Shown: positions 19,910-34,021, counted from the first letter of the stretch. The stretch: DNA of 64,000 bases from Desulfobacteraceae bacterium (GCA_030593145.1 JAUVHU010000001.1:13675-77674), one strand, 5' to 3'. The notes: generated by a model from the letters alone, not told the origin. Translations and numbers: made by a program.

Positions 19910-21568
19910 TTATTTCGCAAATTGTTTTGTTATATAATACTGCTGCGCAATAGACAACATATTGTTTATAAGCCAGTATAAAACCAGCCCTGAAGAAAAA
20001 TTAATAAAAATTACCGTGAAAATAAGAGGCATAAACATCATCATCTTTGCCTGTGCCGGATCACCCATGGGAGGCGTTAATTTCTGCTGTAAAAACATAG
20101 TGCCGCCCATTATAATTGTTAACACAGGAATGCCGTACGGCTCCTGCATAAATGGAATGGAAAAACCAAAATGAAAAAGGCGGTCTGGAGCGGACAGATC
20201 TGTAATCCAGCCAAAAAAGGGAGCATGCCTCAATTCTATTGCCTCATACAACATACGATACAGAGCAAAGAATACGGGCATCTGGATAAGCATGGGAAGG
20301 CATCCACCCACAGGGTTCACCTTGTAGGTTTTATATAACGCCATAATCTCCATATTCATCGTTTTCTTATCGTTTTTATACTTTTCCCTGAGTTTCATCA
20401 TCAGGGGCTGGATCTTTTTCATTTGAGCCATGGATTTATAGCTCTTGTTCCCTAACGGCCAGAGAATTACCTTGGTAAATACAGTTAAAAGAATGATGGC
20501 TACACCGTAATTGGGAATAATGTCATAAATTATATTCATAAACCATAGACATGGTTTGGCAAGAAAATTAAACATACCGAAATTAATTGCTTTACTAAGA
20601 TCATAATCCAGAGCTTTAAGGATCTTCGTGCTCTTGGGACCAAAAAACAGCTTATATTCAAAAACATGCTGGCCTGCTGAATGGATTAAGCTTGCCGGTC
20701 CCAAATACTGAGCCTCCAACACATTGTTTTTGTCCAGGAAAAGACGCATGCTCGCATCAACAGCGCTGACAGGTATAATGCTGGACATAAAATAACGGTC
20801 CTGCACAGCTATCCATCGCAATTCCCCTGTAAATATATTTTTATCCTTTATTTTCTTTAATTTTATCTGTTCGAGTTTTTTATTAATTAACGCGCTCGGC
20901 CCTTCAAAACCATACATGCTCGCATCTCCAGGTGGCGGTTTCATTAACGATAATACGGGTCTGTCCTGAATGGTCCGATCAGATCCGTTTTTTATTACAA
21001 CGTTTAGCCCTATTAAATAGGTTTCCGGCAAAAATGTGAACTTTTTTTCAACAGTTATCCCCTGAGGCGACACCCAGGAAAATGTAATCTCTTTCTCCGT
21101 ATCGTTTATGTTGATGAAATCGGAAACAAATTTTGCTGAAAATACAGCTTTCTCCAAACCTGGGATGCTGTTTTTGTCCAATCCAAACCCCACAGCTCCG
21201 GTCTCACCGATTTCCGGAGAAATCATTTCAAGTAAGGGTGAATCAGGATTCCCGCTCTCTTTATAGTTTTTTAGAATAAAACTTTTAAACACCGCTCCTT
21301 TTTCTGAAATTTGCACCGAATATAACGGAGTGTTTACAGTAATTGTTCTGGCTGCTTTTTCCTGCCGCGTTAGACTTTTGTCGTGCGTAATCTCTTTAAT
21401 AAAAGCGTTTTCTTCAATTGTCGGTTTTGCCGGCTGTTCTAATGCTTGTTGGTTTTGCTGCTCCTGCTGTATGTGCTGAACCTGTTCTTTATCAATCCCA
21501 AACATCTGCCATAAAAGAAACACAAGAAAAGATAGAGCTATAGCTATTAAAAATCGAGGGGTGTCCAT
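19910..21568 (-). CDS. yidC: Membrane protein insertase YidC
   Basis: LFFGPK, NYGVAIILLT, GGCLPMLIQMPVF, WITDLSAPD, SGLVLYW. Confidence 0.97.
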   Translation of the reverse strand: MDTPRFLIAIALSFLVFLLWQMFGIDKEQVQHIQQEQQNQQALEQPAKPTIEENAFIKEITHDKSLTRQEKAARTITVNTPLYSVQISEKGAVFKSFILKNYKESGNPDSPLLEMISPEIGETGAVGFGLDKNSIPGLEKAVFSAKFVSDFININDTEKEITFSWVSPQGITVEKKFTFLPETYLIGLNVVIKNGSDRTIQDRPVLSLMKPPPGDASMYGFEGPSALINKKLEQIKLKKIKDKNIFTGELRWIAVQDRYFMSSIIPVSAVDASMRLFLDKNNVLEAQYLGPASLIHSAGQHVFEYKLFFGPKSTKILKALDYDLSKAINFGMFNFLAKPCLWFMNIIYDIIPNYGVAIILLTVFTKVILWPLGNKSYKSMAQMKKIQPLMMKLREKYKNDKKTMNMEIMALYKTYKVNPVGGCLPMLIQMPVFFALYRMLYEAIELRHAPFFGWITDLSAPDRLFHFGFSIPFMQEPYGIPVLTIIMGGTMFLQQKLTPPMGDPAQAKMMMFMPLIFTVIFINFSSGLVLYWLINNMLSIAQQYYITKQFAK

Positions 21569-21715
21569 AATCTACTCCTAAAACATATTTTTTTGACAGA
21601 TTAATATCTCACTATGATTGTATGTTCAGATTTTTGCAGTCTGGTTTTAAATGTTTGCACATGTGAAAACTTTGAGGGGTTATACAGGACAATGCTAACA
21701 AGTTGTTTGTATGGC

Positions 21716-21937
21716 TTATGGAACAGGATCAATACCTCCAGAATTAAACGGATGACACCGCAAAATTCTCTTTAAGGCAAGAAAAAATCCCGTAAACAGG
21801 CCGTAACGTAAAACAGCCTGATATGCATACTCAGAACAGGTTGGATAAAACCGACATGAAGGGCCTAAAACAGGAGATAGTATATATTGATATGCCCTGA
21901 TAAGAAATAAAGCAGGAATTACAAATATTTTTTTAAT
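21716..21937 (-). CDS. yidD: Membrane protein insertion efficiency factor YidD (start uncertain)
   Basis: [32 protein letters not shown]; no ATG near the expected start. Confidence 0.9.
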   Translation of the reverse strand: MKKIFVIPALFLIRAYQYILSPVLGPSCRFYPTCSEYAYQAVLRYGLFTGFFLALKRILRCHPFNSGGIDPVP

Positions 21938-22286
21938 GATTAATACTCCTGGATATTTTGTCAAAAATATTGCGCAGAGATAAAAATACCTGCTGCGACG
22001 ATAATGCAACAACTTGTTGCTTGGCAATTATATTTATATCCCAATCACCCCTGATAATATGCCTGTTTAGCCGAAAATATTCACGCAACAAACGTTTAAT
22101 CCTGTTGCGAGTTACAGCGTGTCCAACTTTTTTCGTCACTGTAATGCCAATACGCTTTCTTTTAAAATGACCGGGAGCAAATATTGCAATAAAATGTCTG
22201 TTTTGCACTTTGTTCCCGATTATTGACAAGTTATAAAACTCCCAGCGTTTTAACAGCCTGTCTGTCTTGGGAAAAAAGAAACGCAC
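21933..22286 (-). CDS. rnpA: Ribonuclease P protein component
   Basis: [25 protein letters not shown] (RNR motif). Confidence 0.95.
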   Translation of the reverse strand: MRFFFPKTDRLLKRWEFYNLSIIGNKVQNRHFIAIFAPGHFKRKRIGITVTKKVGHAVTRNRIKRLLREYFRLNRHIIRGDWDINIIAKQQVVALSSQQVFLSLRNIFDKISRSINH

Positions 22287-22359
22287 AAGGTATTTAGCCT
22301 CAACAATTCATAAAAACAGCTCCATCTGTTCATCAGATGAAAGCATTAAATAATGACAA

Positions 22360-22494
22360 TTAAACAGTTAAACTGGTTCTACCTTTAGCTCTTCGCCTGT
22401 TAATTATTTTTCTTCCCTGCTTTGTTGACATCCTTTTCAAAAAACCGTGTGTTCTGGCTCGCTTAATTCTACTTGGCTGATATGTTCTTTTCAT
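22360..22494 (-). CDS. rpmH: 50S ribosomal protein L34 (not in ORF track)
   Basis: Manual translation [44 protein letters not shown]; GAGGA SD. Confidence 0.97.
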   Translation of the reverse strand: MKRTYQPSRIKRARTHGFLKRMSTKQGRKIINRRRAKGRTSLTV

Positions 22495-22657
22495 AATACA
22501 AATCCTCTTGCCGTCAGTTATTTAAAAGAAACTTTTGCGTGCAACATACAAGCTTGCTTGAACTTGAGTTTCTCTTTAGCGGAAAACATTTTTGTTAACA
22601 TATTAATGTTATTAATAACAATTTAAACCATTATATTTAACACGTGTTTTCATAAAG

Positions 22658-25144
22658 TCAAGAACGGATTATCTGCTTTACAATTTTAGCCTGTTTTAAT
22701 TCCTCTTCAGGAAGCCTGAAAATCCCTTTAATAACATCAAAAGGCCTGACCGTCTTTCCCTGTTCAGACTTTATCGTCATCTGTAACTTACAGGGCATGA
22801 TAATATCAAGCTTCAAAACCAATTCTTTCAAATCTATCTTCTTTATTCTTCCTTTGTGGTTTGAACGGGTATAAATAAATTCAGAGCTATCGTTAAAAGC
22901 TTTAAATGCTCTTTCATCAAAAAAACTATCTTTTATTGTAACCACGTATGCAACTGAATTTAATTTGTTTTTTGCACATGAAGTGTGGAGCTGACAATTA
23001 TAAACTGAAAAACCTTCCGGAAGCTGGTTGTTTAAAAGACTGGTTATTGTCTCCGGTTTTATATTGCCGGGTACGGTTAAATATAAAAATTCATTCAAAC
23101 TCTCCAAGCCTATGGGAAGCGGATCATCAAAAGATATTCTCGGCTTGGGATGAAAACCTTCTGAATATTTAACCGGTATTCCAGATCGCCTTAAGGCTCG
23201 TAAAAACATATTAGCCAGTTCAAGATGCCCAAAATATTTAGCCTGGCCCTGCTTTGAATAAGTAACCTTAACCTTTTTGTAATTATTTTCTTTTCTGTTT
23301 GAAACAGCAGCATCTTCCTGAGGCTGCGCCGTCACAGAATCAGTCCTGTGTTTATTTTCACAAGCTTCATAAATCTTTGGCTCAATTTTTTCAAAATCGC
23401 ATACACCGCAACCATTACAATCACCCCGGCGACAGTCAGGCGTACTGTCACCATTTAATGCTCTATCCCATTCAGCCGCCAAAAACTCTTTTGTAACACC
23501 TGTGTCAATATGATCCCATGGCAGAGGGTCCATAATATCCCCTGGGCCTTTTGCGTATAAATTTATATCCACACCTTCTTTGGAAAACGATTCTTCCCAC
23601 AATCTATACTGAAACATGTCACTCCAGCCGTCAAATTTACACCCTCTTTTATACGCATCTACCAACAATCGGCTGAGCCGCCTGTCTCCCCTGGCAAAAA
23701 CCCCCTCAACAATGCTTACTTCAGGATTCTGCCATTTAAAATGAATTCCGGGCATCCTAAGCTCTTTTTTCAGCCAGCCCAGCTTCTCTTTTGATTCTTC
23801 CAGGGTAAGCTGGGGCGACCATTGAAAAGGAGTATGCGACTTTGGAATAAATGTTGTCACGCTGACATTTATCTTCCCCTTGCGGCCTTTTGGTCCTTTT
23901 GTTTTACGAAGTTCCTTTACAAGCGTCACGATAGATTGCAAATCATCATCCGTTTCCGTGGGAAGTCCTATCATAAAATACAGTTTTATGACCTGCCAGC
24001 CCAGGCTGAATGCATTATAAACGGTTTCGAATATCTCCTTTTCTGAAATGTTTTTGTTGATAACATCCCTGAGCCTCTGACTGCCGGCCTCTGGCGCAAT
24101 AGTAAAACCTGTTTTTCTAACCCTTTTAATAAGCTTCATCAGTTGCGGCGTTAATGTGCCGGCTCGCAAGGAAGGCAGAGAAACAGCTATATGCCTTGAA
24201 TCACACCTGTCCATCAGGCTTTCCATAAGCGGGGCTATGGATGTATAGTCGCCGGTGCTGAGTGACAACAAAGAAAGCTCATCATAACCGGTTGCTGCAA
24301 GAGCTTTTTCTGCCAGCGCGAGCACGGTCTCTGCCGATCGTTCACGCACAGGACGATAAATCATTCCTGCCTGACAGAACCGGCATCCTCTTGTGCATCC
24401 TCTGGACACTTCAAGCCTGAGACGGTCATGTATAGGTCTTGCGTAAGGAATTATCGGAGAATCCGGAAAAGGCACCTGGTTGAGATCACCTATAATCGTT
24501 CTTGTAACTTTTTTGCAATCTGAAAATGCCGGTATATATACACCGGTAATTTTATATAGCTCTCTTAACAGGGTTTCTTTGTCAGGATACCCATTATCCC
24601 TCCAGGAAAGCCACACATGCGCCATATCCATTATTACTTCTTCGCCGTCTCCAACAACTATAGCATCAAAAAAATCAGCAACCGGTTCCGGATTGCTTGT
24701 ACAGGGACCGCCGGCAATAATCAGCGGGTATGAATTATCCCTTTGGCTCGAATAAAACGGAATGTTTGCAAGATCGAGAATTGTAAGAACATTTGTATAG
24801 TTCAGCTCATAAAGCAGGCTGAAGCCGATAATATCAAAACTTTTAAGCGGACTATGTGATTCCATAGACACAAGAGGCATCTGCGAAGATCTTAGATATG
24901 ACTCCATATCAACACCCGGCGCGTAAACCCGTTCCGCGGCTATCTCTTTGTGTTTGTTGAGGATATGATAAAGTATCTGGATACCGAAATGAGAGGTGCC
25001 GATCTCATACATGTCTGGAAACGCCAGGGCGATCTTTAGCTTGACCTTGTCCGGATTTTTTTTTATGGAGTTTGTTTCCGTACCAAGATATCGACTTGGT
25101 TGTTCTATTAAGGGCAGGATATCTTGAAAGTTTTTAATGCTCAT
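22658..25144 (-). CDS. B12-binding radical SAM protein fused to radical SAM-linked domain (TIGR03960/TIGR03936-like)
   Basis: FPDMYEIG, RGCTRGCRFC, APEAGSQRLR, C-terminal YSEGFHPKP. Confidence 0.88.
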   Translation of the reverse strand: MSIKNFQDILPLIEQPSRYLGTETNSIKKNPDKVKLKIALAFPDMYEIGTSHFGIQILYHILNKHKEIAAERVYAPGVDMESYLRSSQMPLVSMESHSPLKSFDIIGFSLLYELNYTNVLTILDLANIPFYSSQRDNSYPLIIAGGPCTSNPEPVADFFDAIVVGDGEEVIMDMAHVWLSWRDNGYPDKETLLRELYKITGVYIPAFSDCKKVTRTIIGDLNQVPFPDSPIIPYARPIHDRLRLEVSRGCTRGCRFCQAGMIYRPVRERSAETVLALAEKALAATGYDELSLLSLSTGDYTSIAPLMESLMDRCDSRHIAVSLPSLRAGTLTPQLMKLIKRVRKTGFTIAPEAGSQRLRDVINKNISEKEIFETVYNAFSLGWQVIKLYFMIGLPTETDDDLQSIVTLVKELRKTKGPKGRKGKINVSVTTFIPKSHTPFQWSPQLTLEESKEKLGWLKKELRMPGIHFKWQNPEVSIVEGVFARGDRRLSRLLVDAYKRGCKFDGWSDMFQYRLWEESFSKEGVDINLYAKGPGDIMDPLPWDHIDTGVTKEFLAAEWDRALNGDSTPDCRRGDCNGCGVCDFEKIEPKIYEACENKHRTDSVTAQPQEDAAVSNRKENNYKKVKVTYSKQGQAKYFGHLELANMFLRALRRSGIPVKYSEGFHPKPRISFDDPLPIGLESLNEFLYLTVPGNIKPETITSLLNNQLPEGFSVYNCQLHTSCAKNKLNSVAYVVTIKDSFFDERAFKAFNDSSEFIYTRSNHKGRIKKIDLKELVLKLDIIMPCKLQMTIKSEQGKTVRPFDVIKGIFRLPEEELKQAKIVKQIIRS

Positions 25145-25200
25145 GGTATTATATTAAGTGTTACGTGTTAAGATAAAACATTTAATAGTTATATCAAACG

Positions 25201-25233
25201 CTTGATGAATTCGACTTTTTACGAATTCATCAA
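25201..25233. repeat. Palindrome with 12-bp arms; exact reverse complement of 8520-8551
   Basis: TTGATGAATTCG-ACTTTTTA-CGAATTCATCAA. Confidence 0.85.
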
Positions 25234-25292
25234 ACTTATATCATAATAATCATTTTACTAATAAATACAAACCGTTTTAAAAAAACATCACG

Positions 25293-26681
25293 ATGCAGAC
25301 ATATAAAACATTTATCCATTTAATTATAGCCCTTTTTGCGATATTTATGCTTCCCCTTCCATGCCTTGCCGCGGAATATGAACGGGAAAACCCGGTTGTC
25401 AAGGCTGTGCGCAAGGTCAGTCCCGCGGTTGTGAATATAAATTCGGAATATGAGGTTCGCAGACGCGCTAATCCTTTCTCCGGATTCAAAATGGATCCCT
25501 TGTTTGATTCTTTTTTCAGGGACTTTTTTGACCCCGGTTTTGAGCAGAAACATAAAAGAACAAGCCTTGGCTCGGGCGTTATTATCGACGGAAAACGAGG
25601 CCTTATTCTTACCAATGCGCACGTGCTTACAAAAAGCACAGCCATAACAATTATTCTAAATGATGAACGTAAATTTGACGCGTTGATTATAGGCGCTGAT
25701 CCTGATTCCGATCTGGCTGTGCTGCGAATATCATCAAAAGATCCTCTTCCAGCTGTTGAGATGGGCAACTCCGATAATCTTATGATAGGGGAAACAATTA
25801 TAGCCATAGGCAACCCTTTCGGGTTTTCCAATACAGTAACAACAGGAGTTATAAGCGCGGTGAACCGAAGCATCAGAACAGACAGCGCTGTTTATCATGA
25901 TTTTATACAGCTGGACGCCTCCATTAATCCCGGCAACAGCGGAGGAGCGCTTCTGAACATAAACGGCGAACTTATCGGCATTAATACCGCAATTTATGCA
26001 AAAGCCCAGGGAATAGGCTTTGCCATACCCATCAACAAAGCAAAAAGGATTGTATCAGACCTTATTCAATACGGAGAGGTTGTTCAAATATGGCTTGGCA
26101 TAACTGTGCAGAATCTTGATAAAAGGCTTGCCCAATACCTGAAAGCTCCTGAACACAAGGGTGTGATTGTCAAAGAGGTTTCAAGAGAAGGCCCTGGCTT
26201 TAAAGCAGGCATCCGGGACGGTGATATTATCCTGTCCGTCGGCTCCAGGGGCACCCCTTCGATTGAGCATTACCATACAGCCATGAAAAATTATGCCAAA
26301 GGGGCTATCCTCAAAATAAAGCTCTGGCGAAACAACAAAGTAATTAGTGTTTCAACAAAAGCCGCTGTGTTCCCTGAAAGGCTGGCCATGGAACTTGCCT
26401 TCAAGCTTCTTGGGGTAAAAGTTGAAAAACTGTCTCTAACAAAACGTTTTCAATATAAAACCTCTGCCAAAACAGGTGTAGTGATTTCAGAAGTCAATCG
26501 TCAATCCTATCTGGCACGTATAGGGGTAAAACCAGGTGATATAATACGGCAAATTGATGAAATGACTGTAAGCAGCGTAAAGGATTTTGAAAAATCGGTT
26601 GTAAAATACCGCCATAAAAAATCGGTTGTCATTTTATTGCAACGCGGCGATCAGAGTTATTATATAACCGTAAAATTGTAA
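25293..26681 (+). CDS. degQ: HtrA/DegP-DegQ family periplasmic serine protease with two PDZ domains
   Basis: Signal peptide, LTNAHV, DLAVL, INPGNSGG. Confidence 0.9.
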   Translation: MQTYKTFIHLIIALFAIFMLPLPCLAAEYERENPVVKAVRKVSPAVVNINSEYEVRRRANPFSGFKMDPLFDSFFRDFFDPGFEQKHKRTSLGSGVIIDGKRGLILTNAHVLTKSTAITIILNDERKFDALIIGADPDSDLAVLRISSKDPLPAVEMGNSDNLMIGETIIAIGNPFGFSNTVTTGVISAVNRSIRTDSAVYHDFIQLDASINPGNSGGALLNINGELIGINTAIYAKAQGIGFAIPINKAKRIVSDLIQYGEVVQIWLGITVQNLDKRLAQYLKAPEHKGVIVKEVSREGPGFKAGIRDGDIILSVGSRGTPSIEHYHTAMKNYAKGAILKIKLWRNNKVISVSTKAAVFPERLAMELAFKLLGVKVEKLSLTKRFQYKTSAKTGVVISEVNRQSYLARIGVKPGDIIRQIDEMTVSSVKDFEKSVVKYRHKKSVVILLQRGDQSYYITVKL

Positions 26682-26699
26682 AAAGCATTATGAGGCAGA

Positions 26700-28082
26700 A
26701 TGAAACGCATTAGAATATTACACCTTTTAAAATCAGACAGACCAAAAGACAATGTGGTTATAAAGGGATGGGTCAGAACCAAGCGCGATTCAAGAGGTTT
26801 TTCATTTTTAGAAATTAATGATGGATCGTGTCTTAAAAATATGCAGGTAATTGCTGACAGCTCCCTTGCTAATTATGAAGAAATAAAAAAAATTACAACG
26901 GGGTCGGCTGTGGCTGTTACAGGTTCGCTAATGGAATCGCCAGGAAAAGGGCAGCAATGGGAATTAAAAGCAGAAAAAGTGGAAATACTGAGCATTGCAC
27001 CTGACACATTCCCTTTGCAAAAAAAACGTCACAGCGACGAGTTTTTGAGAACCATTGCCCATTTGAGACCCAGAACCAACAAATACGGGGCTCTTTTTCG
27101 AATAAGGTCCGAACTTTCCCTGGCCATACATAAATTCTTTAGAGAAAAAGGGTTCCAATATATCCATTCACCTGTTTTAACCGGTTCCGACTGCGAAGGA
27201 GCAGGAGAGCTGTTTAAGGTAACAGCCCTGGATCTAAACAATCTTCCCCAAAAGGATGGAAAAGCCGATTTTTCGCTGGATTTTTTTGGCATGGAAGCAA
27301 ACCTGACCGTTTCAGGCCAACTGTCTGCAGAAATGTTTGCCTTGGCCATGGGCGATGTTTACACCTTCGGCCCCACATTCAGGGCGGAAAACTCCAACAC
27401 AAGCCGTCATGTCGCTGAATTCTGGATGGTAGAGCCAGAAATGGCTTTCAGTGATCTTGCAGATAACATGAACCTTGGCGAAGAATTTTTGAAGTATCTG
27501 ACAGGCTATATAATGGATGCATGCGGAGATGATCTGGAACTTTTTGCAAAGTATGTTGACAAAAATCTTATGACAACTCTGGAAGGTTTGATCTCATCCG
27601 ACTTTACAAGGCTTTCATATAAAGAAGCTGTGGAGATTTTAGATAAATCCGGACAAAATTTTGAGTTCGAGGTCGGCTTTGGCCTTGACCTTCAGTCTGA
27701 ACATGAACGATATTTAACCGAACATTATTTTAAAAAACCTGTGATTGTCTACGATTACCCGAAAAACATAAAACCTTTTTATATGAGAATAAATGATGAC
27801 AATATCACGGTAGCTGCAATGGATATTCTTGTGCCGCGCATAGGTGAAATAATAGGCGGGAGCCAGCGTGAAGAACGGCTGGACAAACTTGAGACACGCA
27901 TGGATGAAATGGGGATATCAAAAGAACAGTACTGGTGGTATCTTGACTCCAGAAGATATGGAACAGCGCCTCACTGCGGATTTGGTCTTGGTTTTGAACG
28001 TTTGCTGATGTTTTTAACAGGTGTAATCAATATAAGAGATGTTATTCCGTTTCCAAGAACTCCGAATTCTATTTCTTTTTAA
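26700..28082 (+). CDS. asnS: Asparagine--tRNA ligase
   Basis: GWVRTKR, LTVSGQL, FGPTFRAENSNT.RH, GGSQREER, GFGLGFER. Confidence 0.97.
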   Translation: MKRIRILHLLKSDRPKDNVVIKGWVRTKRDSRGFSFLEINDGSCLKNMQVIADSSLANYEEIKKITTGSAVAVTGSLMESPGKGQQWELKAEKVEILSIAPDTFPLQKKRHSDEFLRTIAHLRPRTNKYGALFRIRSELSLAIHKFFREKGFQYIHSPVLTGSDCEGAGELFKVTALDLNNLPQKDGKADFSLDFFGMEANLTVSGQLSAEMFALAMGDVYTFGPTFRAENSNTSRHVAEFWMVEPEMAFSDLADNMNLGEEFLKYLTGYIMDACGDDLELFAKYVDKNLMTTLEGLISSDFTRLSYKEAVEILDKSGQNFEFEVGFGLDLQSEHERYLTEHYFKKPVIVYDYPKNIKPFYMRINDDNITVAAMDILVPRIGEIIGGSQREERLDKLETRMDEMGISKEQYWWYLDSRRYGTAPHCGFGLGFERLLMFLTGVINIRDVIPFPRTPNSISF

Positions 28083-28121
28083 AGCAACCTGCAACTGATC
28101 CCAGAACCCCGACCCCTGATC

Positions 28122-28913
28122 TTATTCTTTCAAGCATCTTAACTTGGCAAGATCTTCGGCATAGCCGTAAAGATGAAGCCCCTTGCTTTCAACTATCATT
28201 TCTCCGTCTTTAACACCAATTTCACCTGCCATATACTCTTTCAGATTCTGTATGCCAGCCAGGTTTGCGGGCAGCCCTCCCCAGAGATCCCATGAACGAA
28301 AATATATCATAAAATTAAGGGCTCCATCCTGTATCCGTGTATCAATGGAGCGCAAACATGGAGGGTCCAGCAGGGTCAAATCTGAAGGGTGCGCAACCTG
28401 AAACACCATCTGGTTGTTACGGTATCCGTGTTGTTTATATGTCTGAATCACCCATTCAATTTGATTAATATAAAGAGTGCCATCTTTTTCAAAAACAGCT
28501 TTTCCATCAACCTCTCTAACATCGATGATTTCTTTATCGCTGCTTTTCCACCAGGCCAGCTTATTCCCTGAAATTGGAGCGCCTGTTAGTCTCTCTCCAT
28601 AAGTATATGATTCGCCGGTCTCTTTGTCCGGGGTCATAAGGTATTCAAGATACGATCTTGTATATCCTTCTCCTCCATAAATATATGCTTCTTCAACAGG
28701 GTTTGGTATTCCGCATGCCGGAGGAATGTCCGGCAAGAGGGGCTGTGTACCGGGATGTTTAATATGACCAATAAAAAAATCGTACTCCAAACGCGTTTGT
28801 CCCGCGTATGAACCACGATCAATTGTAAATCTTCTTCCATGATCAAATATGTCGTGAACCGCCTGAAACCACAAATCAGGTAGATCTCTTGCTTCAATTT
28901 TGTGGATATTCAT
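28122..28913 (-). CDS. thyA: Thymidylate synthase, archaeal/methanogen-like ThyA
   Basis: YTYGERL, NQI, DPPCL (catalytic Cys), YFRSWD, PAN, LHLY. Confidence 0.85.
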   Translation of the reverse strand: MNIHKIEARDLPDLWFQAVHDIFDHGRRFTIDRGSYAGQTRLEYDFFIGHIKHPGTQPLLPDIPPACGIPNPVEEAYIYGGEGYTRSYLEYLMTPDKETGESYTYGERLTGAPISGNKLAWWKSSDKEIIDVREVDGKAVFEKDGTLYINQIEWVIQTYKQHGYRNNQMVFQVAHPSDLTLLDPPCLRSIDTRIQDGALNFMIYFRSWDLWGGLPANLAGIQNLKEYMAGEIGVKDGEMIVESKGLHLYGYAEDLAKLRCLKE

Positions 28914-29002
28914 AACAATTAAACCATCTTTTCACCACGAAACACACGAAACCTTAAATTAAACTCTTGAACCGTTAAACCCTGAAATCGATCACTTTAG
29001 AT

Positions 29003-32535
<3,533 letters not shown>

Positions 32536-32539
32536 ATTA

Positions 32540-32900
32540 TTACCTTTTTTATATAAAGAATAACTAATAATAATAATATATGTTAATAATTATAATAATC
32601 TTGTAACATATTTATTTTATAGAAAATATAATACATAACAATATACAAACAACCGACATAAAGAATATTTATAAATAATAATATATAAACATAAAAAATA
32701 TTATTGTTAATAAATAATAAAGATATAAATATATATCAACACTGAATTGTTAATAAATTAATTTTGATAAATTAGTAAAAAATCGAAAATGGAGTTGTTT
32801 TTATAAAAAGAGACCTCAATGTTAATTTTAACGTCAACCTTTATCAACAACTCAAACTTTCTACATTATTACACTCTTTATAGCCGGCATATAAAATAGC
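32540..32900. other. oriC: Putative replication origin oriC
   Basis: Extremely AT-rich; DnaA-box-like TGTTAATAA at 32581, 32705, 32748 and TTATCAACA at 32841; (TAA)4 trio run at 32565-32576 next to the first box; parS 15 kb away. Confidence 0.72.
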
Positions 32901-33150
32901 CGCCGAAAAAGATCTATTAAATTTTATAGCTGGGGTGGTTTGAGGTGGAGATTTATTTTACCCTAAAAATCTGGTCCTCAGAGCCAAATCAGAGTTCTCC
33001 GGCTCTGCCTGAAGAAACGCTGCAAGAGTTTAAAGTGAACTAAAATCAAAGAATTTTGTTAATCATATATAAAAAACCAGCGGAGCAATTCTATAAATTT
33101 AAGCACTTTTAATTTGTATAGTTTTAAGTAAAAAAACCCTTTTCAGGGGC

Positions 33151-33189
33151 AAACCAAAGCCCGGCCTTTTGAGCCAGGCTTTGGTTTTT
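33151..33189. terminator. Intrinsic terminator-like hairpin
   Basis: AAACCAAAGCC(C)GGC-ctttTga-GCC(A)GGCTTTGGTTTTT. Confidence 0.7.
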
Positions 33190-33277
33190 AGTAGTCACGG
33201 TTTAAAATTTTATCTAATTCATTATAAATAAAGGGTTTGGAACTTACATAAAAACATATTTTATATAAGGCCTGAAA

Positions 33278-33793
33278 TTATATCAGATTTTGATTGTTGG
33301 TTAAATCAAAAAGCTTGCCGCATACCTTCCATTTTCCATCTTCTTTAATAACGTTAATTGTTTCATCAATATGATAGGTTTTGTTAAGACGAAACAATTT
33401 AGCGACTATTGGAAACAATGGGTTGATTGCCTTCTTTTTGTAACATGTCAACCTGACTACGGCGTTGGAGTCATCCTTGCTTAAAGTGTGGGTTTCTATG
33501 TGGTAAATTATACTTTTCATGTAATTTATACCCCAGCCGTTTTCTTTTGCATTACTGGTAACACGCTGGATATATTCATCCACAACATTAATCCCATCTA
33601 TAGTTCTCTGAGCATCGCAAAGCCGCTTGTCCATCGATTTGTCTACCCAGAAATATGCCTTTGAAAAATCAATAACCGCTCTATGCGGCGCATCTTTGTT
33701 GTCGGCAAAAACAAACACTACCTGTAAGACGAAAGCAATTACTATTACAACTGCAGCCGCTGTAATTATTGAACCTTTATTATCCTGTGCCAT
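33278..33793 (-). CDS. Membrane-anchored hypothetical protein (possible NTF2-like/DUF4878-like fold)
   Basis: N-terminal TM helix, VIKEDGKWKV terminal hairpin, AAGGAGG SD. Confidence 0.75.
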   Translation of the reverse strand: MAQDNKGSIITAAAVVIVIAFVLQVVFVFADNKDAPHRAVIDFSKAYFWVDKSMDKRLCDAQRTIDGINVVDEYIQRVTSNAKENGWGINYMKSIIYHIETHTLSKDDSNAVVRLTCYKKKAINPLFPIVAKLFRLNKTYHIDETINVIKEDGKWKVCGKLFDLTNNQNLI

Positions 33794-33992
33794 CTATTGC
33801 CCTCCTTATTTAAGATCCGGTAATATATATTATTATTTGTTGATATAATGATCAATCATTATGAAAATCTTTCATTATCATGAATTGTTTGTTTAGACAA
33901 GACATTTTGTTACTATCTAATCAACCAAAATCCGAAAATTCGTTATGAACATATTTTTCGGACAAACTCCTACATTTATTATATAAAAAAAC

Positions 33993-34021
33993 TTGACACC
34001 ATTATTAAAAGCTGTTAGGAA
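33993..34021 (+). promoter_or_regulatory. Putative sigma70 promoter of the ilv leader
   Basis: Perfect TTGACA at 33993; -10 only weak. Confidence 0.45.

Noticed and set aside
21653-21670. parS-like palindrome GTTTGCACATGTGAAAAC
   Set aside because: Two extra central bases and a mismatch relative to the 16-bp parS consensus
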